DNA of 64,000 bases. It comes from Octopus sinensis. Lineage: Eukaryota. The stretch is taken from the NCBI RefSeq assembly GCF_006345805.1, contig NC_042997.1, positions 130,200,001-130,264,000 on the forward strand. Reading direction: 5' to 3'. Below are positions 58,721-64,000 of the stretch, one piece after another; positions within the stretch are counted from its first letter, which is position 1, and each line of letters opens with the position of its first letter. The notes under the pieces are model-generated. The model did not search any database. It was not told the origin of the DNA and saw only the letters and a program-made list of their open reading frames with translations. Both the position numbers and the translations under genes were made by a program.

Positions 58721-59889
58721 ATGTATAAGTGCTTGTGATAGGCTGTTGTTCAACCATTTCAAGCAAAGCCTCATTTTCCACAACAGAATGTCTCCTTGAG
58801 CTTGGTCTGTCTTCCAAACTCATTTCACCTCCCTTGAAACATTTGAACCAGTTTTGTGCTACATGTTTGTTAACAGTTCCTTAACCTTCCACATCATTAA
58901 TTTCTTTTGCCACTGCCCTTGCACTTGGTCCTTTTTTCACAATTAGCGAAAATGGCTCTTATTGCAATTTTTTCTACCACCAGTTATCAAAGCTGTAAAA
59001 TAAAGAATAAACAATTAATGTTTATTTTTGAACGAGGTCCTGAACTGGCTCCTGTGCAGGTGGCACGTAAAAAACACCATTTGAGTGTGGCCATTGCCAG
59101 TACCACCTGACTGGCCCTCATGCCGGTGGCACATAAAGCACCCACTACACTCTCGGAGTGGTTGGCATTAGGAAGGGCATCCAGCTGTAGAAACTCTGCC
59201 AGATCAAGTTTGGAGCCTGGTGCAGCCATCTGGTTTGCCAGTCCTCAGTCAAATCGTCCAAACGATGATGATGATGATGATGTTTATATGTTATAAATGA
59301 AAATAAAGAATAAACGATAGGGCAACAATTGGACAAGAAGTTGTATTAAATTAATGATATAACATGGAGATACAGGTTACCAAAAATCATCAATGAAAAT
59401 TCAAAAAAACCTTAGGTGAAATACATAACTGTATATCACCTGTGTACAAGTTATACAAACAGGGCAAATTTAAGTATATCTCAGTAGATTGAAAAAATGT
59501 GAACACCTTTAATTGGTGTTTGAACCTTTTTGGGTTCTCCTCAGTGGTGTCTACATCACTTGACCAATCTCAGAGAAGCAAATTGCCAATCTGTTTATAT
59601 ACACCACAAATCCAGCATGTGCATATTTGTGTGGGAGTGTGTTACTGTCTCCTTGCCTTGACATCACATAATAGCCATAAACGAGTGCCTCTGTCACAAG
59701 AGCAAGGGTGTTCATTTTCAATATTCTTTGGAAAACGTGTCAGGCTATAGGGGAAATGTTACCTCAGAAACAGGTGGGGTTGGTGACAGGAAGGGCTGTG
59801 AAAGAATCTGTAAAAAAATTCTCAATGAGTTCTATCTGACCTATACAAGCATGGCAAAGTGGAAGTGAAAGGATGATGATGATGATAAC

Positions 59890-60130
59890 CATCCTCCTCC
59901 TCCTCCTCCCCATCCTCCTTCTGCTCCTGCTCCCCTTCTCCTCCTGCTTCTCCTCCTCCCTTCCTCCTCCCATCATCCCCCCTTCTCCCCTCCTCCTCAC
60001 ATCACCCCTCCTCCACTCCTCCCCCTCCTTCCCTCCGCCTCCCCTCCTCCTGTCATCCTCCCCTGCTCCCCTCCCTCCCCCTCCTCATCCTCATCACCAT
60101 CATCAATGGTGATGGTGGTGGTGATGATGA
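59890..60130. repeat. (CCT)n / (CAT)n / (GGT)n low-complexity tract
   Basis: Direct reading. It explains pseudo-ORFs 59764-60000 and 59873-60112. Confidence 0.9.
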
Positions 60131-60554
60131 TTTTGTGTGATCATAAACTGAAAAAAATGTCAGTTCATTTTCCTTGTGTTGTTAAATTAAGTCCAATAAT
60201 ATATTTAGTCCAGCATTTCACTTTCCCCTCAGGACTTCCTGTTAGAATCCTGTGGCTTTTTTCTTCAGTTTAACTAATTTTAATCTTTCTGTAAAACGCA
60301 CTGGTGATGGTGCCATGTAAAAAATTACCCATCACACTCTGTTAAGTGGTTGGTATTAGGAAGGGCGTTAAGCTGTAGAAATTGTGCCAAAACAGATAAT
60401 GGAACCCACTGTGGCTCCTGGCTTTGCCAGCTCTTGTTAACTGTTCAACCCATGCCAGCATGGAATACAGACGTTAAATGATGATGATGATCATCACACA
60501 CACACGTGCACGCACGCACACACACACACACACATCACCGGATTTCAAGTTGTT

Positions 60555-61155
60555 TCTTATTTCTTTACTACCCACAAGGGGTCAAACATAGAGGGGATAA
60601 ACAAAGACAGACAAACGGATTAAGTCCATTACATCGACACCAGTGCGTAATTGGTACTTAATTTATCGACCCCGAAAGGATGAAAGGGAAAGTCCACCTC
60701 GGCAGAATTTGAACTCAGAATGTAACAGCAGACGACATACCTATGTCTTTATTACCCACAAGGGGCTAAACACAGAGGGGACAAACAAGGACAGACATAG
60801 GTATTAAGTCGATTACATCGACCCCAGTGCGTAACTGGTACTTAATTTATCGACCCCGAAAGGATGAAAGGCAAAGTCGACCTCGGCAGAATTTGAACTC
60901 AGAATGTAACAGCAGACGACATACCTATGTCTTTATTACCCACAAGGGGCTAAACACAGAGGGGACAAACAAGGACAGACATAGGTATTAAGTCGATTAC
61001 ATCGACCCCAGTGCGTAACTGGTACTTAATTTATCGACCCCGAAAGGATGAAAGGCAAAGTCGACCTTGGCGGAATTTGAACTCACAACGTAACGCAGAC
61101 GAAATACCGCTAAGCATTTCGCCCGGCGGCTAACGTTTCTGCCAGCTCACCGCCT
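60555..61155 (-). mobile_element. SINE family A with three tandem body units of about 184 bp
   Basis: The head is at about 61090-61155 on the minus strand. The body unit repeats with a 184-bp period (GACGACATACC at 60731 and 60915). Confidence 0.88.
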
Positions 61156-62351
61156 TCAAAACGGGGCCCCGGACGATGGGATCCCGGGGCCGCAATGTGC
61201 GTTCGAGTATTTCAGGCTGTTTTTGTCTACCAAATTTATTCACAAGCCTAGGGCTATAGTCGAAGACATTTTCCTTACGTATTGCGCAGGAGGTGGGGAA
61301 CCTGAAAGCAAGAGGTTGTAAAACGAGTTTCTTAAAAGCGAGGTTATGCTTGCACCTTATATTTTAGTATTTTTCTATGCGAATTCTTCATAATTACAAC
61401 TATATATCTTAAAGTGCAAGCCAAAATATTCAACTCCTCACACGAATTTTCGGGGGTGGGGAATTGGTATCCATAGTAGATACTAATTATAGAAATTGAT
61501 GTTCTAAACTCTAGTATCACCCAATTAATCAGTAACTTAAAATTGAAAATAGATTCTGTTCAGAGGATTTTCATCTAATTTCACAAAACCCCCTCCACGT
61601 TTCACCGTTGTTGTTTTTTTTCGCTTCAGATATGCTCTGAATGAGTATTCTATAATCAAAAGCGTTCCAGCCGTGACAATCCCATCTTTAGTTCAGGTAA
61701 TCTCTGTCGGTCTCTAAAATTCGAGAGTTATTGTGTCCAATAAGTTTGGTTACTGTGAACAAAGAAAAAAGGTTTGAAGTTTCGAACCTTCGTCTTTCCA
61801 ATTTTTTCTTTGTTTTTAGCCCTGTAGGATACAATTGGAGAGAAGTTTGGTTGCTATTTCTAGCCTACTAAACGGCCACATAGAGGCTTCCACAAAGACT
61901 TGTGTCCTGTGTCGTAATAGGCAAGCTGTATCAGAAAAGGGAAATAAATCTTGAATAATATATTTATTTACCCAATTACCTCGCTTGCCAGTTCAACCAC
62001 ATGTACCCTGTTGTGTTCGCCATTTTCAGCACACATATATATACGGACAGCAACAATTCCACGGAGCTGTGTGGATACTCTCTAAAACACCAACTGCTGT
62101 ACTTCATTTTAATTTCTTGTAAGTATATAACGCTTTGAAATCTCGCCTATCGTTTATTCTTTTATACCAGTTTGTTTTTAAATATATATTTCCTGAAGCC
62201 AAAATTCGCACTACACGATGACATAAACGTCAACGTAAATATAACAACACATAAATAGATACCATACATATAGAAGTGGTGCGCGTGTTTGTGTTTGCGC
62301 GCGGGTGTGTGTGTGTATGTTTCTGTGTGTTTGTATATATATATATATATA

Positions 62352-62382
<31 letters not shown>

Positions 62383-62432
62383 ATATAACAATACAAATCT
62401 AAGAAGCAGCTAATGTTTGTGTGTGTGTAAAT

Positions 62433-62463
<31 letters not shown>

Positions 62464-64000
62464 TTTATTCAAATGTTTTATTTTCATATGTAATATACGT
62501 TCCAATGTTTACATGATTACATTTATTTGTGTGTATATATAAATATATAAATTCGAAGAACGTAATATTATTATTATAAAGTGAAAGCAAAGAGCGGTAA
62601 ATTAACGAATAATATAAGGTAGGATCCGAACGAATTGTCCATTATTAACACTCTCACAGGTGTGTGGACGTAATATTTGATAATAATGGTCGTAGTGTTT
62701 GGTAATAATATTGACTGTAGTTGTTTAGCGATCAATATTAAAGTGAAAGTGTCTGTTTCTATCCTTGTGGTTATACCATTGATGTTCACTTCCTACTTAC
62801 TCTACTCCCACCCACTGTTGCCTGATCATAGATTCCGATGCTTCTTCCTCTCACAGACTTTCGACAAAGAAAAGTCTGCGAGGATTTGATTTTAAAAATC
62901 AAAATTAAAAATATGATACTTCCCATCGCTTTCTATGTGTTTATTAGCCATTATGATGTCTTTCCTTAAGAATTTATTGTCACAATGGAAAAACTTGAAT
63001 ATATAATTAAAACATTATAATTATTTGCGCTGGAAATGTCATAGCAAATGTAACATAATAAATATTAGTATTGAAGCTAGAATATAAATATAATCAAAAT
63101 ATGATATTCGTAAAGATAATTAATCGGTGTTTATATCAGTTATAATTAAAATGATCGTAATATCAATAATATGAAAAATTATTATAATGTTTTCCATTCT
63201 CACATATCTTGAAACGAACTGTTGTATCTTTCTGACTGATGATAAATTTTAGTGTTACTCGTTACTTAGACGTTATTTAATTTCCTCTTTATTTACCTTG
63301 TCTTTCAGCAACCCATTGTTATCAACTCTCCACATTTTTTTTCAAGCCAACTCTATTTGCATATCAACAAATGATACCTCTTCTAACTTTCTGTTTCCTA
63401 AATCGACTCCCTCCCTATTCCATTTCTTTGATTCACATTACGTACTAAACTAGATATATTTAATTTGCTGCTCTTGCAACTAGTTATATCGATAGACACA
63501 GGGATAGGACAATAATTGAATGGCCCTTGTTATATTACTGGTACATGCTGACCCTGAAGAGATAGAAAGCAAAATCGACCTTGGTGGAATTTGAACTCAG
63601 AAACTCAATAATATAATTAATTTAATCTGATACCTATGTCGCACCTATCCCAATTTACTGATTTACTCCAAAATATTAATCTCAGCATCTATCATACATT
63701 TTAAGTCTCATCTCAACAATTCCAGGAGTCTTCTACCTCTAATTCCATTTACTACTATTATGGTAGTTTTCTTTCATGTTTAATTTATTAATAATTTTCT
63801 TTTATAGTATTTAAAATTAATAATGAGATTATTTGGACATATTTTACAAGAGGTTCTTATTCTTATAAATCAACTTTTGTTTTTAATTGATGGGGTTCTA
63901 ATAAAGGAAGTCATTGCCAATATTTCACCAGAATACAGATCAGTCACAATGCAAAGTAAGCAAGATCCAGAAATCTGGTGACATATCTGCTCAATCTTTG

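Larger units (their letters stand above)
57330..58985 (-). mobile_element. Second decayed mariner with two nested insertions
   Basis: Transposase remnants: AQNWFKCFK, SLEDRPSSRR, HLHKLGL..VPHEL, KKAMLCVWWNF, PHSAYSPDLTPLDYHLF and GIEHLAQ*WQQIIEYDGIYFDD. TIRs were not identified. Confidence 0.88.

Noticed and set aside
59499-59760. Segment with Cys/Trp-containing frames suggestive of a DNA-transposase remnant
   Set aside because: All frames are interrupted and I could not match a definite family motif.

Overview
This is eukaryotic, AT-rich, repeat-dense genomic DNA. The repeat landscape (long (TA)n tracts, (GAT)n-tailed RTE LINEs, several tRNA-derived SINE families) is most consistent with an octopus or other coleoid cephalopod; that assignment is an inference. 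The only host gene I can support is the 3' end of WDR59 (GATOR2 subunit; Sea2/Sea3 class). It appears as five + strand coding exons missed by the ORF track: 4213-4308, 13611-13725, 28808-28950, 32368-32475 and 35899-36035. They splice in phase and end in the C-terminal Zn-finger/RING. The rest is transposon-derived: a 5'-truncated RTE LINE with an open 880-aa frame and a PHD finger inside its RT, about 20 truncated copies of its 3' end, two long CR1/L2-group LINEs, and a decayed Penelope-like element. Hammerhead-ribozyme motifs lie at and near the Penelope-like element. There are also two decayed mariners, a piggyBac-type MITE, a non-autonomous Helitron, long inverted repeats and two locally duplicated or rearranged blocks. 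There is no CRISPR array, rRNA or genuine tRNA gene. Most short ORFs in the track are microsatellite or antisense artefacts. All coordinates and alignments were read by eye, so TE boundaries are approximate.
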